Below, in pieces: positions 18,643 through 28,646 of a stretch of 64,000 bases of DNA. The DNA is taken from assembly GCA_963826785.1 (NCBI GenBank), contig CAWGYD010000001.1, positions 384,001-448,000 of the forward strand, written 5' to 3'. Source of the DNA: an uncultured delta proteobacterium (GTDB taxonomy: Bacteria; Desulfobacterota; Desulfobacteria; Desulfobacterales; Desulfosalsimonadaceae). The number at the start of each line of letters is the position of its first letter. Position 1 is the stretch's first letter. The notes under the pieces were generated by a model. The model did not search any database. It was not told the origin of the DNA and saw nothing but the letters and a program-made list of their open reading frames with translations. The position numbers were made by a program, and so were the translations under genes.

Positions 18643-19809
18643 TCAGATAAATGCTTTAATCCGATTCAAATATTCTAATCGGCATCGGTTTTCAATGTCA
18701 ATGAGCTTTGCCAGGGCACCGTTGAAATCGAGCCCGTCGATGGTAAATACGCCGTGGCCGTATACGATCACTCCGGGCTGGTGTGCCAGGGCGGACGGGA
18801 CCGTACGGCACAGCCCGGTCCGGCCGGTGCCCACTTCGCCTGATACCACCGGAAATCCGCAGACCTGCCGATTTTGCGGGCATGCCGCATGGCACCGGCC
18901 CCGGTTTTCACAGCCATGCATCTCGCAGTCCATGGATAAAATCACGGAAAATTTGGGATGGCCGTGCAGGATCGCCCGGCAACCGGTTGATTTTACAATT
19001 TCCAGGTGCGCGGGCAGTTCGCTGGAGGCGGTCATGCCGGTGCAGGAGGAGCCGTCCAGGGGGACCGGGTCGATGCAGCCGGTCAGGGCATCCAGAAACG
19101 CCCCGGTCTGGCTGATGTAGAGAAAATCGCCTAAAAGATACGAAATGTTGCCGAAGCTGGAATCCACCAGTTGCAGATCCACCACCTGCCGGCCGGCTTC
19201 CACCAGTGCCGCCGTAACCTGTTCTTCCGAATCAAACGGACCCCGGATCAGCTGCCCCGAAAATTCACAGCCGGGCGGCATTTTGCTTAAAACCTCTGTC
19301 AGCACCTGTCTTTTAACCGGGTCCAGGTTTCCGGCGCGGGCGTCGCGAAGCATATCGGTAAAAAATTTGACGAAACAGGCAAAGCAGACCGATGAATAGG
19401 TTACCGTCGGCTGTTCCAGACTGACCGATCCGTGGGCGAGCACACCGACTCCGGGGATAATGACGGATTTGCGGTTTCGAAGCTTGGCTGCGATGGGCGC
19501 AGTCGACAGGGCAGGGGCCACCGGCAGGTCGTGGAGAAAGGTGCGGGTTTCGCAGTCCTCAGGACAGACGGCATCGCCGGAGGTTGATGCCAGGTAGTCG
19601 ATAATGGTGCGGTAGGGTTCGGCCGGCCGGGCAAAAATCAGGGCATTGATGTTCATCTTCGAAAACAGGGGCAGCAGGACGGCTTGCGCCTCATGGCTGC
19701 GGTTGGTTTCGATTTGAGCATCCGCCATTGCCAGAAACAGATCCGTTTTTTTCACCAGGCCGGATCGGATGAGCCGGTTTTCAAAGGCCGCAAAATACGA
19801 ATAGTTCAT
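18643..19809 (-). CDS. Class II aldolase/adducin family protein (two-domain)
   Basis: GNISY, SSELPAH, HGHPK, HGVFT in the C-terminal half; start overlaps AOR stop (ATGA). Confidence 0.82.
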   Translation of the reverse strand: MNYSYFAAFENRLIRSGLVKKTDLFLAMADAQIETNRSHEAQAVLLPLFSKMNINALIFARPAEPYRTIIDYLASTSGDAVCPEDCETRTFLHDLPVAPALSTAPIAAKLRNRKSVIIPGVGVLAHGSVSLEQPTVTYSSVCFACFVKFFTDMLRDARAGNLDPVKRQVLTEVLSKMPPGCEFSGQLIRGPFDSEEQVTAALVEAGRQVVDLQLVDSSFGNISYLLGDFLYISQTGAFLDALTGCIDPVPLDGSSCTGMTASSELPAHLEIVKSTGCRAILHGHPKFSVILSMDCEMHGCENRGRCHAACPQNRQVCGFPVVSGEVGTGRTGLCRTVPSALAHQPGVIVYGHGVFTIDGLDFNGALAKLIDIENRCRLEYLNRIKAFI

Positions 19810-21544
19810 CGGGACAACCCCAGTTCGGCGGCTTTTTCCGATGTGGGGCGCCCCGTTTCATCCAGGCCCCGGATCCGGTAATAGGCGGCCCGGGCGGATA
19901 AAAACGCCTCCCGGTCGATGGCGCCAGGGCCGCCGGTTTTTTGGTGACCGACTTCGAAAAACCGCCCGGGCAGATCGTCTGATGCGGCGTTAAACCCGCA
20001 GGCCGCGTTCATGATCCGCTCCTGGTAGCAGATGCGTTCCCCGATATCGGCCAGGTCCTGGCCCGAGCTGGGATGCCCGGTCACCGCTGTATAGACTCTG
20101 GCGTATTCCTCCAGGGATGCGGCGAAAAAGATGAACTTGCAGGCGGTCAGGGAATCGGCCATGGCATTGACGTCTTCCTGCATCTTGATGATCCGGGCCT
20201 TTCCCGTAAAGGTGAAGCGGTCCGTGGGAACCGGTTTTCGCAGTATTTCATGGCTGATGGGATAGGCCCGCAGGTGGTATCCCCCCGGGTGGCCACCGCA
20301 TAGGCGAGCGCCATGCCGCAGGCGCCCCGGGGATCATAGGCGGGCAGTTCCAGGTGCTTTACCGACATGGCGGCTTCCGGTTTTCCCTTTGAGGTTGCAT
20401 ACCGGGCCGCTCCCTGGCCCAGCTCGATGCCGACCCCCCGTCGCAAACCGATATCGGTGAGCAGCGAAATCACCAGCGCCGGGGATGGCTCTATTTCGTT
20501 TATTTCGAAATGACAGGCCAGCACGGAAGCCGCGGAGATGGTGTCCATTCCCAGATCGTTGCAGATGCCGTTTGCCGCCATGACCGTGTCAAGTTCGGAA
20601 TTTCCGATCAGGGCGGAAAAGTGGGAAAGAGTTTCAAATTCCGGAAGATGGTGCCCATCGGTCGATTTTTTTTTGCACCGGATGTGGCATCCCGCACACC
20701 CTGTCTTCAAGGGGTGAAAGCGCTGGTGCAGGGCATGGGCGTTTGCGGTACAGGCCCCTTCGAACCGGCTTTGGGTGAAATTCCGGGTCGGCATCATATG
20801 CCGGCTGTCCATGAGATCATAGAGGGCGGGGGTGCCAAACCGGGAGATGCCGAACGGCCCTGAGATGGCCGGAGACGCCGACACCAGCCGGTAGATGTCC
20901 TCCCGGGCGTCTTTGAGCGCCTCCGGATCGGCCGTCCGGATGCGGCCGGAACCTTTGACGGTGATGTACTTGATGTTTTTGGCGGCAAAACAGCACCCGA
21001 TGCCGCCCCGGCCCGCCGCATATTCGCCGTCGATGATCAGGCCGGCATAAAGGACCCCGTTCTCCGCGGCAGGTCCGATCACTGCAGTTGCGCCCCCCGG
21101 TTTCAGGCGGGAAAGGACGGTGCTGACGGGTTGCCGGTTTAAATGCGGGCAGGCCGCAATAAAGATGCCGTGATCGGTGATTTCAATGCCGCAGACGGTT
21201 TTGCTGCGGCCGGTGATGATCAGCCCGTCAAGCCCCGCCTTTTTCAGCTGTGTGCCGAAAGTCCCCCCCACGGAGGAATCGCCCACCGTTCCGGTCAGCG
21301 GTGAGCGGGACATGACGGTCATGCGGCCGGAAGTGGGAGAGGCGGTCCCCACCAGCGGTCCGGTAAACAGCAGAATCGGCATGTCCGGGTTATCCCAGTC
21401 CAGGTGAGCAGAATCTTTTAAAAAATGGCCGGCCATGCCCCTGCCGCCGACAAACCGGCGGCACAGATCCGGGTCAAGCTCAGCCGTTTCCACCTGGTTG
21501 CGGGTCAGATCGATCAAAGCGATGCGGCCGCACCATCCGGACAT
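19806..21544 (-). CDS. Aldehyde:ferredoxin oxidoreductase family protein, 1-nt frameshift at about 20281-20286
   Basis: SPLTGT, IGPAAENG, AGRGG, KNIK, CAGCHIRC, DLGMD, YDPRG. Adding one G to the G6 run gives TRGGxHLRAYPISHEILRKP, which joins the 19806-20183 ORF. Confidence 0.9.
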
Positions 21545-21731
21545 GGCAATGCTTCCAATTTGAGGTGATTTCCATAACGCGCCTGGCGCAGGGGGCGATA
21601 TGGATAAGATAGCCCCCATTCTCACTTTTCGTCTACCACCGGACCTGAAATGCCGCAAGGCAAATCGGGGCGGCAAAATTAAACGATTTGACCTGATCTG
21701 AGGATTTTGTTAATTTTTAATCAAATTGAAA

Positions 21732-22415
21732 ATGGATATCGATGAGATTTTCTCAGAAATGGAAAAAAAAGGAGTCGACATGACGGTGAAGGGCGAAGAA
21801 GTCAAACCCCGGGGGGATCGGTTCGAGATGCTGACCGGCGATATTTCGAAAACGGAACCGGTCAGCATCGAGGCCATCGGCGATCGGATTCGGGGGCTGA
21901 GGGAAGGGCGGCGGATCAGCTTCGAGGAATTGTCCAACGTGACCGGATTCGATGTGGACCTGCTGAAAAAGATCGAGCGCAGCGAGGTCCAGCCCCAGCT
22001 GGGGACCCTGGTCAAGCTGTCCAAGGCCCTGGACAGCGCCTTTGCGCGCCTGGTCTCCGATGTGGGAAACAAGCTTTTTTCAATCACCCGGAAAAATGAA
22101 CGAAAAACGGTTTCCCGGTCCACTTCGGAAAAAGGGAAAAATCTGTATTCCTACCAGAGCCTGGCTCCCGAGGTGAAGGGGCGCCATATGGAAGCCCTGT
22201 TCGTCAAGCTGGAGGAAAACCCGGAGCAGGAAACCTCGGTTCACGACGGGGAGGAATTTATCTACGTGATCAGCGGCACGGTGCTGCTCAAGATCAATGA
22301 GGACCTTTTCGAACTGCAACCCGGAGACAGCGTTTACTATCTCTCCACCACCCCTCACATGGTGGCGGCCAAACAGGGGAGCGCCGATATTCTGGCGGTG
22401 ATTTACGGGGAGTGA
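21732..22415 (+). CDS. XRE-family HTH regulator with cupin domain
   Basis: IGDRIRGLRE HTH, PQLGTLVKLSKAL, HDGEEFIYV...GDSVYY..TPH. Confidence 0.92.
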   Translation: MDIDEIFSEMEKKGVDMTVKGEEVKPRGDRFEMLTGDISKTEPVSIEAIGDRIRGLREGRRISFEELSNVTGFDVDLLKKIERSEVQPQLGTLVKLSKALDSAFARLVSDVGNKLFSITRKNERKTVSRSTSEKGKNLYSYQSLAPEVKGRHMEALFVKLEENPEQETSVHDGEEFIYVISGTVLLKINEDLFELQPGDSVYYLSTTPHMVAAKQGSADILAVIYGE

Positions 22416-22445
22416 TTAAATTAATTTAAAATCTCCAGTTTAATT

Positions 22446-22480
22446 CTGCAGGGGCAGCCCCAACAGGGTTGCCCCCGCAG
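22446..22480. terminator. Hairpin between convergent genes
   Basis: ctgcaggggcagccc-caaca-gggttgcccccgcag imperfect inverted repeat. Confidence 0.5.
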
Positions 22481-22481
22481 C

Positions 22482-23393
22482 CTAATTTTCTTCTGTCTTG
22501 ATTTTACAGGAATACCCTTCCCATTTCTCGTCCACCTCTTTCTGGAGCGCCGCGATCTGATCTTCGCTGAGCGCCCTGAACCGCGACTGTGTTTCAAAAT
22601 ATTCCTTTACCGGACGCCGGGCCTTGCCCAGCAGTTTCTCCGAGGCGCCGGTGAGCCGGAATTTGCCATGATCAATCTCGTAGAGGTCGTATAACCCGGT
22701 TTCCACGGCCAGACGGCCGATTTTGACCGTATGTCGGGGATTGAATCCCCACCCGGCCGGGCAGGGGGTGTGCACATGGATGTACTTGGGGCCGGAAATG
22801 GTTTTTGCCTTGACGATTTTGTCATAGATGTCCAGTGGATAGGCGGCTGTGGCCGTGGCCACATAATCGAGGTGATGGGCCGCCATGATGGCGGGCACAT
22901 CCTTTTTCCGCTGCAGCTTGCCGCTGATGGGGGTGGTGGTGGTGATCACGCCCTGGGGAGTGGTGCCGGAGCGCTGGACCCCGGTATTCATGTAGGCCTC
23001 GTTGTCATAACAGATGAAGATGAAATTCTCGCCCCGCTCGCAGGCCCCGGACAGGGCCTGGAGGCCGATGTCGCTGGTTCCGCCGTCCCCGGCCCATGCA
23101 GCCACGGTGATGTCGTCTTTTTTCTGCGCCCTTAATGCCCCCAGCACGCCGGTGGCCGCAGCCGCAGTGGATGCAAAGGTTACGTTGAGGCAGGGGAGCT
23201 GGGTGGCGGCGATGGGATAGAGCCCCTGGAGCACGGTGAGACAGCTGGGGGGGACCACCAGGATGGTGTTTCTGCCCAGTGCTTTCAGACCGATGCGGTA
23301 GATGAGGCTCAGGCCGCAGCCGGCGCAGGCCCGGTTCCCCGGGTGGACGAGTTCGTCTTCGGGAAGGTTGAGTATGGTTGTCTTGGTTGTCAT
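22482..23393 (-). CDS. porB: Pyruvate/2-oxoacid:ferredoxin oxidoreductase beta subunit (TPP-binding)
   Basis: CAGCG, GDGGTSDIG, YDNEAYMNTGVQRS, PCPAGW. Confidence 0.92.
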   Translation of the reverse strand: MTTKTTILNLPEDELVHPGNRACAGCGLSLIYRIGLKALGRNTILVVPPSCLTVLQGLYPIAATQLPCLNVTFASTAAAATGVLGALRAQKKDDITVAAWAGDGGTSDIGLQALSGACERGENFIFICYDNEAYMNTGVQRSGTTPQGVITTTTPISGKLQRKKDVPAIMAAHHLDYVATATAAYPLDIYDKIVKAKTISGPKYIHVHTPCPAGWGFNPRHTVKIGRLAVETGLYDLYEIDHGKFRLTGASEKLLGKARRPVKEYFETQSRFRALSEDQIAALQKEVDEKWEGYSCKIKTEEN

Positions 23394-23460
23394 ATGGTTT
23401 CCCTGTCGATAAAGGGTTTTCAGGGTTATAGGGTAAAGGCGGCAATGATGAGCCGCTTGA

Positions 23461-23625
23461 CACCCCCCTGGCCCCCCTCAAGGGGGGAATTTTCTTTCCG
23501 GTGCTATTCTTTTAATACCCCTCAATGGACGATCGTCTTTCGGGTGTTCTTTTTTTTACCCCCCCTGAGGAGGGCCGATCGTCTTTCGGGTTTTCTCTTC
23601 TTAATCCCCTCTTGAGGAGGGGGTA
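23461..23625. repeat. Intergenic REP-like C/G-run hairpin and 46-bp-period tandem repeat
   Basis: cccccctcaagggggg hairpin; cgatcgtctttcgggt at 23530-23545 and 23576-23591, each followed by a T-rich stretch and cccc..tgaggaggg. Confidence 0.7.
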
Positions 23626-23631
23626 AGGCAT

Positions 23632-24824
23632 TTAAAGTTTAAGCCCGATCCACCGGGGTGTATCGCCGATCTGTTCTCTTTGGGTGCATGAACTCCGCAG
23701 CGCCGTCATCAGGTCCCCGGTTTTGATTTCCCGGCCGCCCAGGCCCAGGATGTAGTTATGGACGAAGGGCCGGTTGGCGGCAGGGTAAAGGGCCGCCTTG
23801 ATGTCTGCATAGAGCGCCCCCTGGTTGCCGTAGCTCAAAGCCTTTTCGAACACGATGGCACCCTTGGCATTTTTGAAATGATCGACGATGGCCTGGTCGG
23901 GAAAAGGCCGGTAGAGCCGCAAACCGGAAACGCCAACTAAGAGGCCCTCTTCCCGCAGGACATCTACCACGTCCCGCAGCTGATAGGAGAGCGATCCCAG
24001 GCAGATGGCGATAAATTCGGCATCATCGCACCGGTAGGCCTCGATGAAGGGATCGGTTCCCCGGTTGAAATCCCCCTTGAACTGCTTGCTGATCTCTTCC
24101 ACCACCGGGATGGCGCCGCGCATGTCCATGTGCAGGTTATGCCGGATCTCCATATATCCCGGTGCCATCTGGCCCCGGATATCCGGCCGGATATCGGGAA
24201 GGGTCACCGTGTTCAGGTTGGCCGGACATTTCGGGTCCAGCGCATAGGCCGGCTTGAAGGGGGGAGAAATTTGTCCACGGCTCTGGCCTCCGGGACCTCG
24301 AAGGGCATGTAGGTGTGGGACAGAATGTAGCCGTCGTAGCAGACCATGACCGGAACGCTGACGGTCTCGGCCAGGTAGAAGGCCTGTATCACCGTATCGA
24401 TGATCTGCTGGTGGTCGCAGGCATAGAGCTGAATCCACCCGGTGTCCCGCTGGGCGATGGAGTCCTGGTGATCGTTCCACACGGTCCAGGGGGCGCCGAT
24501 GCCCCGGTTCACCACGCACATGACGATGGGAAGCCGAGCGCCGGCGGCCCAGTGGAGCTGCTCATTCATGTAGAGCAGGCCGTTGGCGCTGGTGGCGGTA
24601 AAGGCCCGGGCACCGGTGCTTGAGGCGGCGATGCAGACCGACAGGGCGCTGTGCTCGCTTTCCACGGGAATGTACTGTGCTTTCATCTCGCCCCCGTCCA
24701 CGAGTTCGGAAAGCTTTTCTGTGAGCGGGGTCTGGGGGGTGATGGGGTAGGCGGCGATCACCTGGGCGCGGGAGAGTTTCACCCCGTAGGCGGCGGCCAC
24801 ATTGCCCGATTCAATCACATGCAT
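23632..24824 (-). CDS. porA: Pyruvate/2-oxoacid:ferredoxin oxidoreductase alpha subunit, 1-nt frameshift at 24259-24264
   Basis: AAYPITPQT, ESEHSA, TATSANGL; adding one C gives FLPPFKPAYALDP, which continues to RLYRPFP and GLGGRE. Confidence 0.9.
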
Positions 24825-24827
24825 GGC

Positions 24828-25133
24828 TTATTCCTCCTCCTTGATGAACACCGTTTCCTCCACCATGGTGATGGCGCCCACCGGGCATTCCTCCGCGCAT
24901 ATTTCGCACCCCTTGCAGTATTCGTAATCGATTTTCGGGGGAATGGTGCGGGAGATCACACCGTCAGGGCAGTAGAGCCAGCAGTTGAAGCAGGCTTTTT
25001 TATTGGATTTGGCAGGGATGCATTTGGTCAGATCGATCACCGGACGCACCACCCGCCAGGAACCGGTCCGACCGGCATCGCCCGGCCCGGGCTCGCTATG
25101 GGATTTATGGCATCCGAAATCCTTTTTTTTCAT
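24828..25133 (-). CDS. porD: 2-oxoacid:ferredoxin oxidoreductase delta subunit (4Fe-4S)
   Basis: TGSWRVVRPVID, CFNCWLYCP, CKGCEICAEECP. Confidence 0.92.
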   Translation of the reverse strand: MKKKDFGCHKSHSEPGPGDAGRTGSWRVVRPVIDLTKCIPAKSNKKACFNCWLYCPDGVISRTIPPKIDYEYCKGCEICAEECPVGAITMVEETVFIKEEE

Positions 25134-25696
25134 GAGATTTCTCCGATGAGGGTGTTTTCGTAGACGGTCCGGGCCGCCTTGGCATTTCGTTTGGGTTTGC
25201 TCTTTTTGAATTCAGCCTCGATGGCCGCCGCCAGTTCGTCGATGCCGATCAAGCCGGAAGCCTTGGCGAAGGCGCCGATGATGCCCGTGTTGACGATTCC
25301 CTGGGGAAGCCCCACGCCGGCGGCCAGCGTGGTAACGTCCGCGGTGGCGACTTTCATCCCCTTGAACGGGTAGGCATCGGGATGGCGGGGCGTGTTGATG
25401 ATGACCACTCCGCCCGGTTTGAGACCGCTGGTGACGCCCGCTTCTTCCACCAGCAGGTGATCGAGCACCACCACCATGTCCGGCGCGGTGATGGGGGACA
25501 GGTCATAGATCTTGTTTCTGGAGATTTTAAGCGAAGTCAGAACGGGCGCTCCCCGTCTTTCCGTACCAAAGGTGGGGGTCATGACCACTCCGCCGTACCC
25601 GGAGGCAAACGCCGCATTGGCCACAATTTTAGCGGCCGTGATCGCGCCCTGGCCCCCCCGGCCGTGCCATCTGATGGCAATGATATCGTCTCTCAT
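25130..25696 (-). CDS. porC: 2-oxoacid:ferredoxin oxidoreductase gamma subunit
   Basis: IRWHGRGGQG, FGTERRGAPV, NTGIIGAF. Confidence 0.92.
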   Translation of the reverse strand: MRDDIIAIRWHGRGGQGAITAAKIVANAAFASGYGGVVMTPTFGTERRGAPVLTSLKISRNKIYDLSPITAPDMVVVLDHLLVEEAGVTSGLKPGGVVIINTPRHPDAYPFKGMKVATADVTTLAAGVGLPQGIVNTGIIGAFAKASGLIGIDELAAAIEAEFKKSKPKRNAKAARTVYENTLIGEIS

Positions 25697-26116
25697 ATTG
25701 CGTCACCCAGTTTGATTCGTCGGTTTGTAAATCAGGGTTATTTCGAAGGAAACTTCAATTCATATCCCAATGCAGAAAAAAAATCAAGTTTCCATGGAAT
25801 TGGGTTTGGTGGCTATAAGCCTTTGATCTATAAAACAAAAAACATTATGTATCCGGACAGCGAATCTTTCGAAAAAGGTTGGGCATGGCATTGAGATTCA
25901 TGGAAATAAAATTGTTTGTCAACCTTTAATTCTCACCGGCCGAGGGCGTTTGAATTCATATAACCTGCTTGAATTTAGATGGTTTAATCGTCAACCCGGG
26001 GTGAAAACCAAACTTCACCCGTGTGTTAATTTTTCTTGATCATCAACCATAAAAGTTTTAGGGAGTAGAAATAACCCGTTTTCAAGTAAAAAATGAAATG
26101 AATCCAGCAGTTCTGA

Positions 26117-27190
26117 ATGGAGAAAAAGATGTCGATCAGGATCGTTGAGTCAAAAAGCCGCAAACCGCTGCCGAATGAAGGTGAATTGACTTTCGGCACG
26201 CAGTTTACAGACCATATGTTCAATCTGGATTACGACCGTAAGAACGGTTGGCATAATGCCCGGATCGAACCCTATCAGCCGATTGCCATGGACCCGTCCA
26301 CCATGGTGCTGCACTATGGCCAGTCCATATTCGAGGGGTTGAAGGCATATAAGACCCCCGCCGGCCGCGTCCAGCTGTTTCGGCCCGAGGAAAATTTCAA
26401 GCGCTTCAACCGGTCCGCGCACCAGTTGTGCATCCCGCCCATCGACGAGCGTCTGGCACTGGAAGCCCTCAAGAAACTGCTGGAACTCGATCTTCAGTGG
26501 GTGCCTTCCGCCCCCGGGACATCGCTGTATATCCGGCCCACCATCATCGCCATGGATCCCTACCTGGGCGTGCGGGCTTCCAACACGTACCGCTTCTTCA
26601 TCATCCTGTCGCCGGTGGGCGCTTATTATAAGGAAGGGTTCAACCCGGTGAAGATCTGGGTGACCGACAAGTATGTGCGGGCCGTGCGCGGCGGCATGGG
26701 CGAAGTGAAAACCGCCGGAAATTATGCGGCCAGCCTCTATGCCGGTGAAGAGGCCCACCAGAAGGGATTCACCCAGGTCCTCTGGTTGGACGGGGTGGAG
26801 CTGAAATATATCGAGGAAGTCGGGTCCATGAACATCTTTTTTGTCATCGATGACGAAATTGTCACCCCGTCCTTGAGCGGCAGCATCCTTTCGGGCATCA
26901 CCCGGGACACGGTCATCCAGATGGCCGAGTACTGGGGATCACCGGTGCGGCAGCGGCGGATCAGCATCGACGAAGTGGTCGCCGCACACGATGCGGGCAA
27001 GCTTCAGGAGGTGTTCGGATCCGGAACGGCCGCGGTGATCTCCCCTGTGGGGGAAATCAAATACAAGGACAGAGTCATGAAGGTGGGCAACGGCGAAGTG
27101 GGCCCGTGGGCGAATAAATTTTTCACCGCCATTACCGATATTCAGTTCGGCAGGGCCGAAGATCCCCACGGCTGGGTCATGCCGCTGTAA
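26117..27190 (+). CDS. ilvE: Branched-chain amino acid aminotransferase
   Basis: LHYGQSIFEGLKAY, SLYIRP, KTAGNYA, EEVGSMN, GTAAVISP. Confidence 0.96.
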   Translation: MEKKMSIRIVESKSRKPLPNEGELTFGTQFTDHMFNLDYDRKNGWHNARIEPYQPIAMDPSTMVLHYGQSIFEGLKAYKTPAGRVQLFRPEENFKRFNRSAHQLCIPPIDERLALEALKKLLELDLQWVPSAPGTSLYIRPTIIAMDPYLGVRASNTYRFFIILSPVGAYYKEGFNPVKIWVTDKYVRAVRGGMGEVKTAGNYAASLYAGEEAHQKGFTQVLWLDGVELKYIEEVGSMNIFFVIDDEIVTPSLSGSILSGITRDTVIQMAEYWGSPVRQRRISIDEVVAAHDAGKLQEVFGSGTAAVISPVGEIKYKDRVMKVGNGEVGPWANKFFTAITDIQFGRAEDPHGWVMPL

Positions 27191-27281
27191 AATAATATCC
27201 ATCCGGAAGGGCCATCCTTATTTTCCGGATATAAACCACAAATTGGCACATGCCGGCTGATGAAACCGCCGGTTTCCTTTC

Positions 27282-27311
27282 CGGGCGGAAAAGTCTCTTC
27301 TTTTCCGCCCG
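27282..27311 (+). terminator. Terminator-like hairpin after ilvE
   Basis: Perfect 12-bp inverted repeat cgggcggaaaag/cttttccgcccg. Confidence 0.55.
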
Positions 27312-27896
27312 AATTGTTTCCCCCCCCTCATTTCCGCCTTAGAACCGCTTTATGCGTGCGATAGAATCCTTATTTGATCTGCCACTACATAAGAGATACG
27401 GATTCATAGCGCATATTAGGGTTTTGCCGTAACCTGAATCCGGGTGCCGGCGCCTTTTCCCCACCGAAACGATCTTCTTTCCTCCTGATTTTTTCATCTT
27501 TTTATCCTACCCTGCCGGGGTTTTTTCCCATGAATGTCGTTCGAATATACATAAAAACTCTGCCGAAAATACCTGTCCTCATTTATTTCAAAGAAAATTA
27601 TTCCACGTTAAAAGTTCTATTAACATTGAGCACGTCCCCTTTTGGGATGTTCTCTTCTTATGGATACTGAAACCATGAGGCACTTTCTGGGACAGTGGGC
27701 ATGAATGAAGGCTTCAGCAGCAGATAAGCGGAAAAAAAAGTTTGCGGCGGTTGAGTTCCGGTGGGGGCTAACCTGAGGGTTCCCGGATGTGTGAAAAAAT
27801 TCCGGAGTTTTGACTTTTTGCAAACCGAAATTACCGGAATTGATGATCATGTCCTTTTTTAATTTACCACTATGAAAATAACGGGGGATTTAGACA

Positions 27897-28619
27897 ATGC
27901 GTTTTTCTCTGCGAAATCGCAAATCTGCGGCTGGAATCGGCACGGCGCTTCTACTGGTGATTTTTCTGATGGGATGCGCTTCTCAAAATGTGAAAACTGT
28001 CGATTTAACGGATAAATCGAATATTCCGGTCACTGTTTCGGAAACCGAGGTGGCATTATCCCCGGGAGATATCATCGACGTCAAGTTTCCTTATGCCAGT
28101 GAATTCAACGAAACGCTGACCATTCTGCCCAATGGGAAAATTATCATGCCCCTGGCCGGCGAGGTGATGGCCGCAGGCAAAACGCCCGTCGCCCTTCAAA
28201 AGGAACTTTTTGATATTTATTCAGGTCAGCTGCAGCATCCCGAACTCGCGGTTATTGTCCGTTCGCTATATGAGCGCCGGGTTTTCGTGGGCGGAGAAGT
28301 GAACACGCCCGGTGCGGTCCCTTTGCCCGGAAACCTCTCCGTGCTGGAAGCCATAATGGAAGCCGGCGGGTTCATCATGGATAACGCGGATGTCTCCGAT
28401 ATCCTGGTGATGCGCCAGCGAAACGGCGAAAAAGTCGTATTAGTGCTCGATTACGAGGATGTCCTGGATGGCCAGGCCGCAAACCAGCCTTTCTATCTTC
28501 AGCCCCAGGATGTGGTGTTCGTCCCCAGAAAAGGCATCGTCAATTTCGATGTGTGGGTGAGACAGCATTTCTGGGATCTTTTGCCGAACTTCGGTGTGGC
28601 ATACACATTTGGAAATTAG
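27897..28619 (+). CDS. Polysaccharide export lipoprotein (Wza/OPX family)
   Basis: Lipobox LMGC, LSPGDIIDV, PNGKIIMPLAG, VFVGGEVNTPG, LQPQDVVFVP. Confidence 0.92.
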   Translation: MRFSLRNRKSAAGIGTALLLVIFLMGCASQNVKTVDLTDKSNIPVTVSETEVALSPGDIIDVKFPYASEFNETLTILPNGKIIMPLAGEVMAAGKTPVALQKELFDIYSGQLQHPELAVIVRSLYERRVFVGGEVNTPGAVPLPGNLSVLEAIMEAGGFIMDNADVSDILVMRQRNGEKVVLVLDYEDVLDGQAANQPFYLQPQDVVFVPRKGIVNFDVWVRQHFWDLLPNFGVAYTFGN

Positions 28620-28646
28620 AAAGTCCAGAACGAAGGAAAAATCATT

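Noticed and set aside
23530..23625. CRISPR array
   Set aside because: Only two units, the intervening sequences resemble each other, and no cas genes
20270..24270. Programmed ribosomal frameshifts in AOR and porA
   Set aside because: Simple G/C runs without a slippery heptamer; several unrelated genes show the same defect
27740..27762. ops/JUMPstart-like ggcggttgag upstream of the EPS operon
   Set aside because: Partial match only, and no NusG paralogue in the window
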